Of a DNA stretch of 64,000 bases, positions 26,269 to 40,150 are shown piece by piece. The position numbers were made by a program, and so were the translations under genes. The notes under the pieces were generated by a model. It worked only from the letters and a program-made list of their open reading frames with translations. It was not told the DNA's origin and did no database searches. The DNA is from the human T2T-CHM13v2.0 reference genome, Homo sapiens. The stretch's first letter is position 1. Every line of letters starts with the position of its first letter. Location of the stretch: NCBI RefSeq assembly GCF_009914755.1, contig NC_060931.1, one strand, 5' to 3'.

Positions 26269-29200
26269 CCTGGGCCTTCAGTGCTGAGTTTTTACTTCAC
26301 ACCTTTCCTGGATGATCTTAACTAAAGACTTATGAAAATTATAAGCAGGTTTTTTTTTGCTGACCTTCTAGATAAATTATATTGTCTATGTTGTAACATA
26401 TTGCTGGGATCAAAGGAGGCAAATCTGCATCTTATTCACTTGAAAATCAAGTAGATCAGAATCATAACAAACTAGCTATTTCTTATGTTTTTTTTTCCTT
26501 TGAACAAATTCTAAATCCTTCTTTTGGAGAAACTGAAATGCCTCCAGATCCTTATTAAAAATATAAGTTAAAGAAAATGTAGAAGTGTATGAATGAGTAC
26601 TGTCATTTTAAAGTCACCATCCCCAATACTCCAGGAGGACAGGGAATTGTGCAAAATATCCTGGTAAGTTTCTATCGACTGCTGGACCATCCCATAGTAC
26701 TGTTGAGGTGCTGGCAGCATCAACGCGGAGACACCGGACCTCTGCACCCCTGTGCAGGCGAGCACAGCTTCACGATTCAAGGGGGGATTGTTAAAAGGGA
26801 AAGACGAATACGATGGCTCCACAATTCCGAGTCCTATCTGTGTGTGAACACGTGCACATTGGTGCGACGCGGTGCCCACCGCAGTTTGCTGCCATCCCAC
26901 CTACCTGCCCTGCACAACCAGTGCCAGGGCACCGGGGCAGGACCGAGATGCAAACGCAGCGTCTGTGCTGACAGAAGAGGTTTGGGAGCAGCACGAGAGC
27001 CCCAAGGCAGGGGACTGCTGAGGTACATCCTGGAGCATCCGTGTGATGGGGCACACGCAGTCATTCCCAGATCAGTGCAGAGCACACACACCCACATGGG
27101 GGCCTCCACGATGTGGCTAGGTCCTCAACACCTATGTCAGAATCAACAAGCATGTGCGGTCAATGGCGTTCAGGAGGCCGTCTGCAGCTGAGTAACAATC
27201 ACACCAAATTGTGAATATTGAACAGGTGGAGGAGAACAGGAGCTGGGCTCACCCAGGGCAAACCTTCTCATGCTGCCTGGAACACGCACACACCACTTGC
27301 ACCTTTTACCCAAAAGGTGCTCATGCACTGGTCCAGCGGGGATGCGTGAAGCATGCAGCCAGCTCCCCTCCCAGGCCGCACTGACTGCTGGTACTGCTGC
27401 TTCCGGGGGCCTGGCCTTTACGGGGGTCTGGCAGGATCCCTCCTGCAGGTGCACAGCCCAGGCTCTCCTCCCCCTTGCTCCTGTAGGGCCGGCAGCTGCC
27501 TCGGTCCCTCTGAGTCTATTTTGGGTTCAGAAAGTGCCTGGGCTGGGGACAGGGCCAGTTACGCATTGACTCAGTTCCGTGGCTTACAGTGCAAACACAG
27601 AGACCTTGTCCCATGCCCGTGGGCTCATGGTCAAGGACACTTTGCATCATTTGACCTCGGAAACAGGAGAAACGGAAGCACAGGCCAAGGAGGGAGCCGA
27701 GGGGCCGCGTGACACTGCACGGGATCGCTGCCCTTCCCACACGCACGTTCTGTCTCACGCAGTTGCTGTGCATTTGGAAGAATCTTGCATGAGGATTACT
27801 GATTCCACGGGACAGCGTGTGACCCCCTGCAGCACCCTGACTCCATCGGGGGACCCCCAGCATCCTACTCAACACTACGAGGGAGCCCCACTGCCAAAAG
27901 GCCAGGCTGCATGTGCCTGGACTTCAGGCGCTAGGAACGGACGCGTGGGACCTGCTGCCTCTGGGGACAGCCCCTCAGGGTCTGGACGGAGGATGTTGGG
28001 CCTGCGGGCTGGGCAGGGATGATGCTCTGGGAGGTGCCTCCAGGACAACAGGGAGACCCCTGCAGCCCTCCACATGGGCCCCTGGAAACCCAGGATAGGG
28101 AGTGGCAGAACACACTGGCGGGGGCTGGACGAGCAGAGGAATGAGGGAAGGACAGAGTGGGTGGGAGCGAGAGCAGAGGAGATGGAGGGGGGACCACAGA
28201 CTGTGTGGGGAGGGCAGCTGTGCCGCAGGAAATGGAGCAACCAGGCTGTGAGCAAGATGCGCACAGAGGACGGAGAGGACCCAGGGACTGAGATGAAGGA
28301 GTGACTGCCCGGCAGCAGGGAGCAGAATCAGGCAGGCAAGTGCGCAGGCCGGGCCAGCCTGGACCGTGGAGCTGTGTCTGCAACGGGAACCTTGGAGGGC
28401 AGGACTTTGATCCCCTCCCGAATTTCCAAACAGGAGTTTGAACAGAAACATGTGGACTCAGGGACCAGTGCTTCGGGCACATCCTGACAGCGACACAGCT
28501 GCCCCGACAGGGCTGTGGCCCCCCCCGCCCCGTCTCTCTCCTGTGTTCTCTCCCACATTCTCAGGGGCCGCCTGCTGCCAGCTCCCTCGCTGTGGCCTCA
28601 TCCAGCTCCTGCTGGCGTGGTCTGACCCCTAAATGTGTGCCAGCAAGGCCTGTGTTGGAGGGAGGGGAGGGCCTGGATGGGCCTGGATGGGCTGGTGCCA
28701 GCACCCGGGACCAAGGAGGGAGCTTGCAGAAGGGACAGCCCTCGGCCAGGTGGGACCTGAACGACATTTTGCGGCATCCAATGGGCCTGAGGTGTCTGCG
28801 TGACCATGAGGAGAAGCGGAGGACAGCCCAGGTGAGGACATCAGACCCAGGAGTGGGTGAGGAGCCCCTGCAGCCAGGCTATGTGAACCCTGGCTCAGCA
28901 GGGTCAGCCTGACCCCTTGAAGGTGGGAGACCCCTTGAAGGTGGGAGACCTGTGAGCTGGTACACTCAGTGAGGACGGCTCCATGCACAGGGACGAAGAC
29001 CCCCGAGGAGACCATCGAAGGATGGTGGGCAGTGCTGCCCACACGGATGCCCAGAGCGTGTTCCCCAAGACCAGCGGGTCTCATGCTGTCCACACGCTCC
29101 CACCAGGCGATCGACACCAGGGTCCGCCTGTGCCCTGCCTGGGTGGGGTCAGCCACGCCCCCGGACCACTGCTCCAACCAGCGTTCGTCGTCAGCCCCTT

Positions 29201-29769
29201 ACACGGGACAGGGCACTGCAGACCGGCCCGGGAACCTGGGGACACCTCACGCCCCACATCCCTCACTGTTTCTCTTGCACCAGAATAGCTCAGGGGAAGG
29301 AAAGGCACAGAAAATAAACAACACACAGCAGAGGAGGCCCTGCTCCTGCCCGACCGAAGGCAACTTCTCCCTTGAAGAGAAAGGTGCAGACAGGCTCCCT
29401 CTCCCCTTCCCTCCTCCCACCTCACCCAATTCTGGGCACTTTTTCAGCCTGAAACTTGCCTGAGCGAGACAAGAGACACTGCGGGCCCAACGTGTCTGTG
29501 AGGTCCCTTTCCCACTGGCCCTTCGTGTTTTCATGTTTCAGCCAAACATAAAAGCGAGACGTCTCCTGCTCAGCTTTCCCAATTCTGCCCAGCCCTCGCG
29601 TCCCCCTAAGTCTCATCTGCAGAAGGCTGAGCCTCATGCACCTGCACCTCCTTCTCTTGGTGCCTGCGCCCAAATGTGTGGCTCTGTCTGGCTCAACCCT
29701 CTCCTGGGCCCCGTGGCTGAGCTGGCCTGTTCTTCAGTTCCAGCTCCATTCCCTGGCCCTCTTAGTCCC

Positions 29770-29972
29770 GCACTGCCTGGCTGGTCCCCCAGCCATCTGG
29801 TTCTGCACTGCCCAGCCATGCCATCCCCTCGGCCCCCGGGTCCTGTACTGCCCGGCCAGTCTCCCCGCCCTCTGGTTCTGCACTGCCCAGCCATGCCATC
29901 CCTTCGGCCCCCGGGTCCTGTACTGCCCGGCCGGTCTCCCCGCCCTCTGGTTCTGCACTGCCTGGCTGGTCC
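29770..29972. repeat. ~76-bp tandem duplication (~2.5 copies)
   Basis: ctggttctgcactgcc recurs at ~29797, ~29872 and ~29947. Confidence 0.85.
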
Positions 29973-31331
29973 TCCAGCACCTGCCTGGGTTCTCCCACTT
30001 CCCTGCAGACTCCAGGCTGTGCCCAGAGAGAGCTGAGCTCGGCGGCCCAGGCGCCTCACCACTGGCCCTCAGTTTCCTCTTCCTCCGGTAGTTTCCATGA
30101 GAGCCCCAAAGGAACTCCCCAGCGAAGCTGCCCCTCTGTCCCTGGAGCCCTGGAACACACCACGCTGTGCCTCTGAGCGCCGTCCCTGGGGCCGTGTGCC
30201 TTCCACCATCCTCCCTCTGGGGCCCTGAGCCTTTGCAGACTGAGCAGGGTTCTGCATCTGACTCTGGCTGACCGGAGGCCTTGAGGCAAGTCACCCAACC
30301 TCCCAGAACTGCTTCCTCAGCTTGCAACAGAGTGGTCAGAACGGAGGGCCCCTTGGGCCCCCTTCCATTCAGTGAAAAGCTTTCTGTGGGTCCTCCTGAG
30401 CCCCAGGACAGCCCGTGAGTGAAGCTGCCATCTCTGCATCTGGGAGTGTCCTGGTCTGCTCTCCACCACCCTGCAGCCACAGACTCCTTACCTGTCTCTC
30501 GGCAGAGCAGGAAGATGCAGCAGGAGGATGGGGCTTCTCTGTTTTGCTCTCACAACCCACGCCTGGCAGGCAGCAGGTGCCAAACCAGCATCAGCGTGGA
30601 TCCAGCATGCAGTGGACGCTGCCCTGCCATCAGCTGGAGCCACACTTTCACGGTTTACCCTGGCATCTGCCAGAGAAGGAATGGACCAGTGGGACTCCAG
30701 AGAGGACAGAGGGTGGGGGATGCACCCTGGGGAGGGGAAGGGTGCGCCCCCCACGCCACAGAAAAGAACCTGCAAAGCCCTGAGTCCTGGAGCCAAAGGA
30801 GGCAGAGTGGCCCACCAAGGGGGATCGGCAGTGGCCAGGTTGCCCAGGGCTCTGGGGACAGCTCGCCCAGGGCTCTGGGGACAGCTCCAGGGCCGAGGCA
30901 GGCACCCAAGGTCTTTCTGTCTAAAGCATCTTACTGACTGCTGTGTGACACCTAATCAGGAGGAGAAAATGGAGCGGGGAGACCAGCACACGAGGGGTGA
31001 TGGGGCTGGGCCCAGGGAGATGAGAAGAGGGTGAGGGTGAAGTCAGGAGCCACCGTAGTGCCACCTTGGAGCCGTGTGGCCCCCAGGACCTGCTGTGGGG
31101 GAAGGAGTGACTTCCAGCTTCACCGCCTGGTGTAGCCACTGTGGCTTTGTCATGCAGCTAGTACAACTGAAGAGCTGACTTGTAAACTTTATCCAATTTT
31201 AGTGACTCTAAGGAACCACATGTGGCTACTGTATGGAACAAGGCGGCTCTGGAGGGCTGCTGGCCTTCAAAGTCCGGGGACCTTCAAAGTCCGGGGAGCC
31301 ACAAAACACGATTCGACAAAGACGTTCTGCT

Positions 31332-32595
31332 GTCACCACACACAGCAGATCAGGACCATGTGCTCCCGCGTCACCACACACAGCAGATCAGGACCACATG
31401 CTCCCGCGTCACCACACACAGCAGATCAGGACCACGTGCTCCCGCGTCACCACACACAGCAGATCAGGACCATGTGCTCCCGCATCACCACAGACAGCAG
31501 ATCAGGACCACGTGCTCCACGTCACCACACGCAGCAGATCAGGACCACGTGCTCCCATGTCACCACACGCAGATCAGGACCACGTGCTCCCGCATCACCA
31601 CACACAGCAGATCAGGACCACGTGCTCCCACATCACCACACAGCAGATCAGGACCACGTGCTCCCGCTTCACCACACACAGCAGATCAGGACCACGTGCT
31701 TCCACGTCACCACACACAGCAGATCAGGACCACGTGCTCCCGCATCACCACACACCACAGATCAGGACCACGTGCTCCCACGTCACCACACACAGCAGAT
31801 CAGGACCACGTGCTCCCACGTCACCACACACAGCAGATCAGGACCACGTGCTCCCACGTCACCACACACAGCAGATCAGGACCACATGCTCCCATGTCAC
31901 CACACACAGCAGAGCAGGACCACGTGCTCCCGCGTCACCACACACAGCAGATCAGGACCACGTGCTCCCACGTCACCACACACAGCAGATCAGGACCACG
32001 TGCTCCCGCATCACCACACCACATGCAGCAGATCAGGACCACGTGCTCCCACGTCACCACACACAGCAGATCAGGACCACGTGCTCCCACGTCACCACAC
32101 ACAGCAGATCAGGACCACGTGCTCCCACGTCACCACACACAGCAGATCAGGACCACGTGGTCCCGCATCACCACACACAGCAGATCAGGACCACGTGCTC
32201 CCACGTCACCACACACAGCAGATCAGGACCACGTGCTCCCGCATCACCACACCACATGCAGCAGATCAGGACCACGTGCTCCCACATCACCACACACCAC
32301 AGATCAGGACCACGTGCTCCCGCATCACCACAGACAGCAGATCAGGACCACGTGCTCCCACATCACCACACACCACAGATCAGGACCACGTGCTCCCACA
32401 TCACCACACACAGCAGATCAGGACCACGTGCTCCCACATCACCACACACAGCAGATCAGGACCACGTGCTCCCATGTCACCACATGCCACAGATCAAGAC
32501 CACGTGCTCCTGCATCACCACAGACAGCAGATCAGGACCATGTGCTCCCACATCACCACACCACACACAGCAGATCAGGACCACGTGCTCCCGCA
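31332..32595. repeat. ~38-bp VNTR (GCAGATCAGGACCACGTGCTCCCACGTCACCACACACA)n, ~33 copies
   Basis: Directly visible periodicity. Confidence 0.97.
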
Positions 32596-32679
32596 CACGC
32601 TCGAGGCAGCAGGCTCTCTGCTCCATGGCCCCTCTCGCTTCCCACAGGCAACTTTCCATCTACTACTTGGGCCTGCCCT

Positions 32680-33790
<1,111 letters not shown>

Positions 33791-36700
33791 ATCCATCCCC
33801 GTAGGCAAGGAGATGTGTATCCACACACAAAATAGTACCATGTCCAGTCGCTGAGTCTGAGAGCTGGGTCTATGCCCGTGTGGACACCCCACCGTCCACT
33901 CACATTCACGCCGTGAGACTACTTAGGAACGTACTCCTAGCCAGCTGAAGTTTAAAAGGTCGCTCCAGCATGGGCTCACAAGCCGTGGGGATTCATATTG
34001 GAACACAAAATTCCCGGTCTGTGGCTCCTGCCAGACAAAAGAAATGAGTCACCCCAGAGTCACTCTGCACCTTGTCAACAGCCACAGCTGCTGGGGGATC
34101 ATACGGTGTCTGCTTGGCATGGCCTCCATGGTACCTGGGGCCACACAGGCACCCTCTTCCGGCCCAGGCGCAGACCCTGGTGGGAATGCCGTGGAAGTTT
34201 GGCCACACTTCTCAGCCACTGCATTTCTGTGCTGGCCCCTGGGGAGTGAAGCCTGACCCCACCCAGCATGGCTCAGCCCACCTCATCTCTGGGGAGTACC
34301 CCCTCAGTGCTGGTTGCTCCTCATCCCTTTAAAAAATTGTGGGGAAGTAGAAAAATACCCTCAGTAAGTGAAGTCACTGACAAAAAAGTAAAAGGCACAA
34401 CCTTGGAAAATATCTTGCTTGAAAAAAACATGTTTTGCTACATGTGAGCCAAGCCCTTCAATGAGAGAGGAATAGGCTACCTAAAAACAGATTCCTACAC
34501 AATCGTCTATTATCGGTGAGTTAGAAACGCATCTGCTGCCACAGAAATGACACGTGTAAGCGCTTCCCAGATTGGTGCCTACTTTCCTGCCACAAAACCC
34601 ATTGCAGAACATGAGCCTGTTGACTTTCATTCCAAACTGCATCATCGTCTACTTGCTGCTAAACTGGACAGTAGAGAAAGAACTTCAACTATTCTGAGTT
34701 TGTTTTTAAAGGCCCTTCAACTAGGCCCAAAGGCCTTAATCCCTGATGGGCTGTGTGGACAAGTGCTGCTCTGCTGTCTGCGGCCGCAGCTGCTGGAGCT
34801 AAAAGCATGCAGAGGCCCTGCATGCAGGACTGGAGGGCCCTAACATCAGCGTTGGCACTGCCCGACTGCCCGGGAAGCTTGGGAAGGGCATTCTCTGGTC
34901 TTCTGTAATGCATTCCTTTACAGAAAGGGAAATGGGAAGAAAGGTTTCACGTCCAGGACTCTGGGCCTTTGATCATTTGAGAAACGCTGGGTCTGCAGTG
35001 GGGGCCTCCAGCTTCTCAGGCCAGACAAAGACGCCCCGCCACACGGGCAGGGCCCAGCCTGCACCAGAACAAAACCCCAGCGCCTCTCAGTGTGGAGGCC
35101 TGGGAAAGGCCCACCTCAGCCGGCAGAGGGGCTGCCTGCCCTTTGATCTCTCCTGAGACTGTGGCCTGGGACCCGGGTCAGGGAATTTCACACCGCACAC
35201 ACCCCAGGGAAAGAGGAGCAGGTCAAGAACAGGAGGAGGGTCACCAATCTCCGAAAAGGCCCCAGGCCAGCCCTCTTTGGCCATTTCCACATGGCTGCAT
35301 GCGTATTGTCCAAAGCTGAGCCCACTCTCAAAGGAGAATTGACATCACATGCCACAATGGAGCCAGTGAACAGCAGCTCAGGTGCCTGGACAATATGCCA
35401 GCCCTGCCCCCCGTACCGGGGTCTCGAACCCAGGACATACTTCTCCATGTTTCCTTCTCTGTGGAGTGAACCTGAGCCACTCAGAACCCAGGCTCCATCC
35501 CATCCCTGTGGAGACGCACGCTGGGGTCACCTGCGTCCGGCCGCCTGCCTGTGCTTCTGGTCCCTGGATGGGCAGGTTCCATTGGAATCACAGGTGCCCC
35601 CAGCAACTCACCACATCACACGTTCACAAACATAGGCTTGGTCAGAAACACTTACATCAAATGATCTGTAACGTTCTGAAGACATTTTGGTTTAAGAGAA
35701 GAAAAATCTTTGTCTGAGAGAGGGAAAGAAGGGAGGGCCCATGATAAGTGGAGAAATACAAATTCCATGGATGGCTCTGAGCTCCAATAGCTGTAAATTT
35801 GGAAAGGAAAAGAAATATTTGACAAGACACAGCAGCATTAATGGACAAGGAAAAATGGACTTTTAAATGACAAAAAGTTAGGATTGTGTCATGTCCAAAA
35901 CAAACAAAAAAAGGATTAAAAATATTATGAGTGTTTGCATTTTGTTTTTGTTTGCACATTCCCACCACTAAACTAATCTTGGGTGTTTAAAATGACATTT
36001 GGTGGCACAAAAACTGATTTCATTTCTCCCCAGCAGCCAGCAAAGGATGCTGGCGGTGTTGGGTAGGTGTGGGGTGTGGGGCTGGGCTGCAGCCCTCCCC
36101 TCTGCTGCAGGACGCTGGAGAACTTGCCCAGGCTCTCCAGTCCTTCTGCGTAAAGCCATGGCTGTTGTTTTATCTTCACATATTTATGTCTTTTTTTTTT
36201 TAACCAGAAGAAAATGAAGTAAGGAAAATGCTTATTTTAAAATTGCTGGCATTCGTGGAAGTGTATAGAAACTTGTTTCTATAATCAATGGCTGCTCCTG
36301 TCACTGGGCCAGTGATGGAGAATGGGATGTTACGGAAGGCGGAGGTCTCTGTATGAACACATATACGTGTGTGTGTGTTGAGACAAAGGGAATTGTTTAT
36401 TCACAGCTGGGAAAGAGACCGTAGGATGCTACCACCTCGGTGCCTCCCACCTTCCATGGGACGCTAACGGGTATCGCAAGGCTAATGCAGACTCTTCTCA
36501 AGTAAGTGTCGGAGGCGCCAACTGAAGGGAAGCTGGACACATCTCTCTGCCCTGGACTCCTTGGGACCTCTCCATGCACACCTGCCCTGTGATGCCCAAG
36601 GAGCAGACTCAGTGTGTGCCTCCTCTCAAGCTCACCTGCCTGGGGAGCCTTCTCTCTGGCCCCTATTTAAAGAGATGACCTTAGAGGTTGGGTATTCTGG

Positions 36701-37257
36701 AGACCACCTTTTGAGAAATGCCAGAGCTCAATCCCCATGCTTTTGTAGGAGAAAATTGGATCCCAGAGAGGTTAAAAGCTCTGTCCAAAGTGATAAACCT
36801 CATTGCTGGCAGAGCCAGACCCGCGCACAGATCTGCTTTTCCACGCTGCTGCTGGACCCATCCTCGCACCCTGCGCCTCATGTCTAAGACTCCCCACGCC
36901 GTCTGCGCATGCTGCCGCTCTGCCAAACCTGTCCTTCTCCCACCACAGGCCTCAAGTCTAAGACTCCCCACACCGTCTCTGAGAGGAACGCCTCCCACAG
37001 CACGCACAGAGATTCCCTAGATAAGAAGGACATTCACAAAGAGGGCTGAAAGGCTCATTTGAGAGGGGGTGATTGACATTTGATGGCAATTACTAACGGA
37101 TATTTTTAGTGTGCCTCTAGTGTGAATACCGTTTTGACAACAGTGGAGTTACACCAAATACTGGAGCGGCATTCTGCACTGCAACAACACTGAAGGACCC
37201 GAGGGTGGCTTCTCCGTGGCTCTGAGGTTAACGCTGCAGCGTATGCAGCAAACACCT

Positions 37258-37382
37258 GTCAAGGACCCACTGTGTGCTCGGCACACCAAGGCAGGTAACA
37301 AAGGACCCAGTGCATGCTCGGCACGCAGAGGCAGGTAACAAAGGACCCACTGCAGGCTCGGCACGCAGAGGCAGGTAACAAA
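37258..37382. repeat. ~41-bp tandem repeat, 3 copies
   Basis: aaggaccca...gctcggcac...ggcaggtaaca repeated three times. Confidence 0.9.
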
Positions 37383-37556
37383 CGACCAGCCTCAGAAGCA
37401 GATGTGCTTGCTGCAAACCACCTTCCTACGGCCCAGCAGAGGCACAACAAGCAGCGAATTTTTTCCAGGGCCTCCCGTGAACACGGCACCCTACGTTGCC
37501 ATAGCGACGCCATCCCAGCTCTGAGCCGCAACAAAGCGGCAGTGTCTGTGTCTCAC

Positions 37557-37621
37557 CTTTGGCCATCTTGTTGAGAACCATGTCGATCAGGACGTAGGTG
37601 CCGCTCCGGCCTGCACCGTCA
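37557..37621 (-). CDS. PTPRN2: PTPRN2 coding exon (exon 21), 65 nt, (S)DGAGRSGTYVLIDMVLNKMAK(G)
   Basis: Acceptor ttggcag|T and donor AAAG|gtgaga. Completes the P-loop VHCSDGAGRSG. Confidence 0.97.
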
Positions 37622-39617
37622 CTGCCAACAGAAGGAGAGAAATGAAAGTGCTGCCGTCCACACGGAAGCCCGACCCACAACAAAGCTAGTGACAGTCCAT
37701 TTCCTTCCTGCTTACGGGGGCCGGCGAGAGGAAAGGATGGCGGATGTGAGAGGGGGAGGAAGGACGCGGGCTGGGAGAATCCAAGTGAGGGGAGAAGGGA
37801 GGCCCCTGGGGGCTTCGAGCCTCTGAGCAGCTTGTAGCTTGTGGGATGAGCTGCTGTGCTCAGATGTGACTCCCTCTTGCTTGTTCCCCCCTCTTTGGCC
37901 AAAGATGTGGTAAATTTTGCCAGAACAAAATGAACTAAGCGTTTGACTGTGTCAGAGTTGATGGCATTTGTATTGAAAATATCTGCAAGGTGCCTTCTCT
38001 AGTGTTGCCGGGCAACCTCCCGAGCGGAGAGGGGAGGGCGCTGGGCGGCTGGGCCCCGCTGGCTCATGCACGCAGGGACACTTCAGGCACATCCCCCTAG
38101 GCTGCCTGCCACCCCTTCTAAACGCAGGTCCTCCGTCTCAGAAGGAGAAATTGACATAACAGTCGTTACTAAATCTTACTCTTTAAAAAGCACTCTCATT
38201 TCATCTCTTTCTCATCCCACCAGCTATAATTGGAATATTTACCATCTGGGCTAGAGTTGTAAAAATGTTTTGAATAATACTTCAACAGTAGCAAAGGAAA
38301 AAAAATTTCCCTTTTTTTCTGGAAGAAGAGTAGCCTCAGGATCATCCTTTTCTTATGAGGAATGTGTGAAGCCATTTCCTGCCCCCGTGCAGACGCTGTC
38401 ACTGGGTTGCATGAGTTTGAGAGACCTTCTTAAAAGTACATAGGGCTCGTGTTCACACCCATGACTGGCTTTTAAACAGAGGACCTTTTACATTTATAAT
38501 CCTAGCAAAATCAATTGTGACTTTCCGGAAAACGAATAAATGTTTCCATTTCAAGACTTCAAGAAAGATGTGAATACCCAGCAGATATCACACTTTCGGT
38601 TCTGCTTTCTATGCCGTCTGTGATCCCAAGAAATGACTGGAATCCTATAGGTGATCTTTTGATGGTAAAGAATCAGCGCATTTTGGCTTTAACATGTTTC
38701 CTCAAACAAATGGTTGAAAAAAGCTGCAGTTGGGATGGTAAATGTTTAAAAAACGGCACGTTCACATCCTCACACCCTCACTGCATCACCAAGGAGGAGA
38801 GGCGGTCGGCCTGGGCCGCCACGTAACCCTCACTGCTCATTTCAAAGGGCCACGGTGAGCATTCTGGTTGCTGAGTGCCTTTCTCACTTGTCTCCTATGC
38901 ACAGCATATATTCACATGAATATTTTAAGATATACTTCAAAAATCTTCCAACTAAGTGTTGCTTGTCTTGATACATTTGTGGGTAAAAAAGATGTTCTAC
39001 TCTACTCTGTAAGGATAACAAACCGTAATCTATTTTCATCCTCCTCTCTCATAGACAGGAATGCACACACAAAACACACATGCTTCTTGATTGGATTTGA
39101 CAGATTTGGTGTTTGTTCTTTGGAGACAGGTTTCCTTTTTATTCCAGGCAGGAAGAACATTCTATAAGACAGTTCTAGAAAAATGGAATATGAGTTCTTC
39201 ACCAAAAGGAGTTGGGTATGAAGTCCAGCAGAGACAGTACTATTAGGTTGAGTTTTCTTTGCGTAAAATCTATTCTTACTGGTGTGGTTTTAACGTACTT
39301 AGGGATATGAGTCACTGAATTTTTACCCAGAGGCCTGAACCCACATGATAAACTGGAGGTGGCTGTACCTCCTGTAATGACAGATTTCGTCCCTGTACAT
39401 AACTGGCCCCAAGCATTTCTCACCATCTGCAGAGGGTTCTGAGCCTCTGCTGAACGTCCTGGTGGTTGAGACAATGCAACAGGCTGAAACCATTGTCTCG
39501 ATGTTTCTGTGTCATGGGACCACAGGGTTTAAGAACAAGCAAGGTGGCAGGACATGCTCACGGGTGAGTAGAAGGCAGGACACTGCACCGTGGGCTGCTA
39601 GAAAATATTCCATGTGA

Positions 39618-39880
39618 GGCCTCGCGCGGTGGCTCACGCCTGTAATCCCAGCACGTTGGGAGGCCGAGGTCGGTGGATCATTTGAGGTCAGGAGTTCGAG
39701 ACCAGCCTGACCAAATGGTGAAACCTCGTCTCTACTAAAAATACAAAAAAAATTAGCCGGGCGTGGTGGCGGGCGCAATCGCTTGATCCCGGGAGGTGGA
39801 GGTTGCAGTGAGCCTGACGAGACCACGCCATTGCACTGCAGCGTGGGCAACAGAGTTTAAAAAAAAAAAAAAAAAAAAAG
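39618..39880 (+). mobile_element. Alu with internal deletions and long A tail
   Basis: gcgcggtggctcacgcctgtaatcccagc... The ctgtaatcccagctactcgggaggctgaggcaggag block of the right arm is missing. Confidence 0.93.
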
Positions 39881-40096
39881 CAAGCCATGTGCAGTTTATA
39901 CAGACATAATACAAGCAACGCCCAATTGTATTTACCCAAATGGCATAGAAAAGTAAGTTTATATTTTTGGTTTCCTTTAGAAGTGCCAGTTAGTTATATT
40001 TATTAAGCAATTAGAAAGTTAAGCTTCTGTATTTAATTGCATAGATTAGTTTTTGAGGTAGCCAAAACTTCTTAATCCATTAAAAGTTGTACTTGC

Positions 40097-40150
40097 CTGC
40101 AATGAACAATTATTGGACAAGAACGGCCCCTGTAGCACTTGTTTACTTTT
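40097..40150 (-). CDS. PTPRN2: PTPRN2 coding exon (exon 20), 54 nt, (R)[17 protein letters not shown](S), GC splice donor
   Basis: Too short for the ORF track, read manually: tttatttcag|A AAA GTA AAC AAG TGC ... GTT CAT TGC AG|gcaagt. Phase 2/2 links the flanking exons exactly. Confidence 0.96.
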
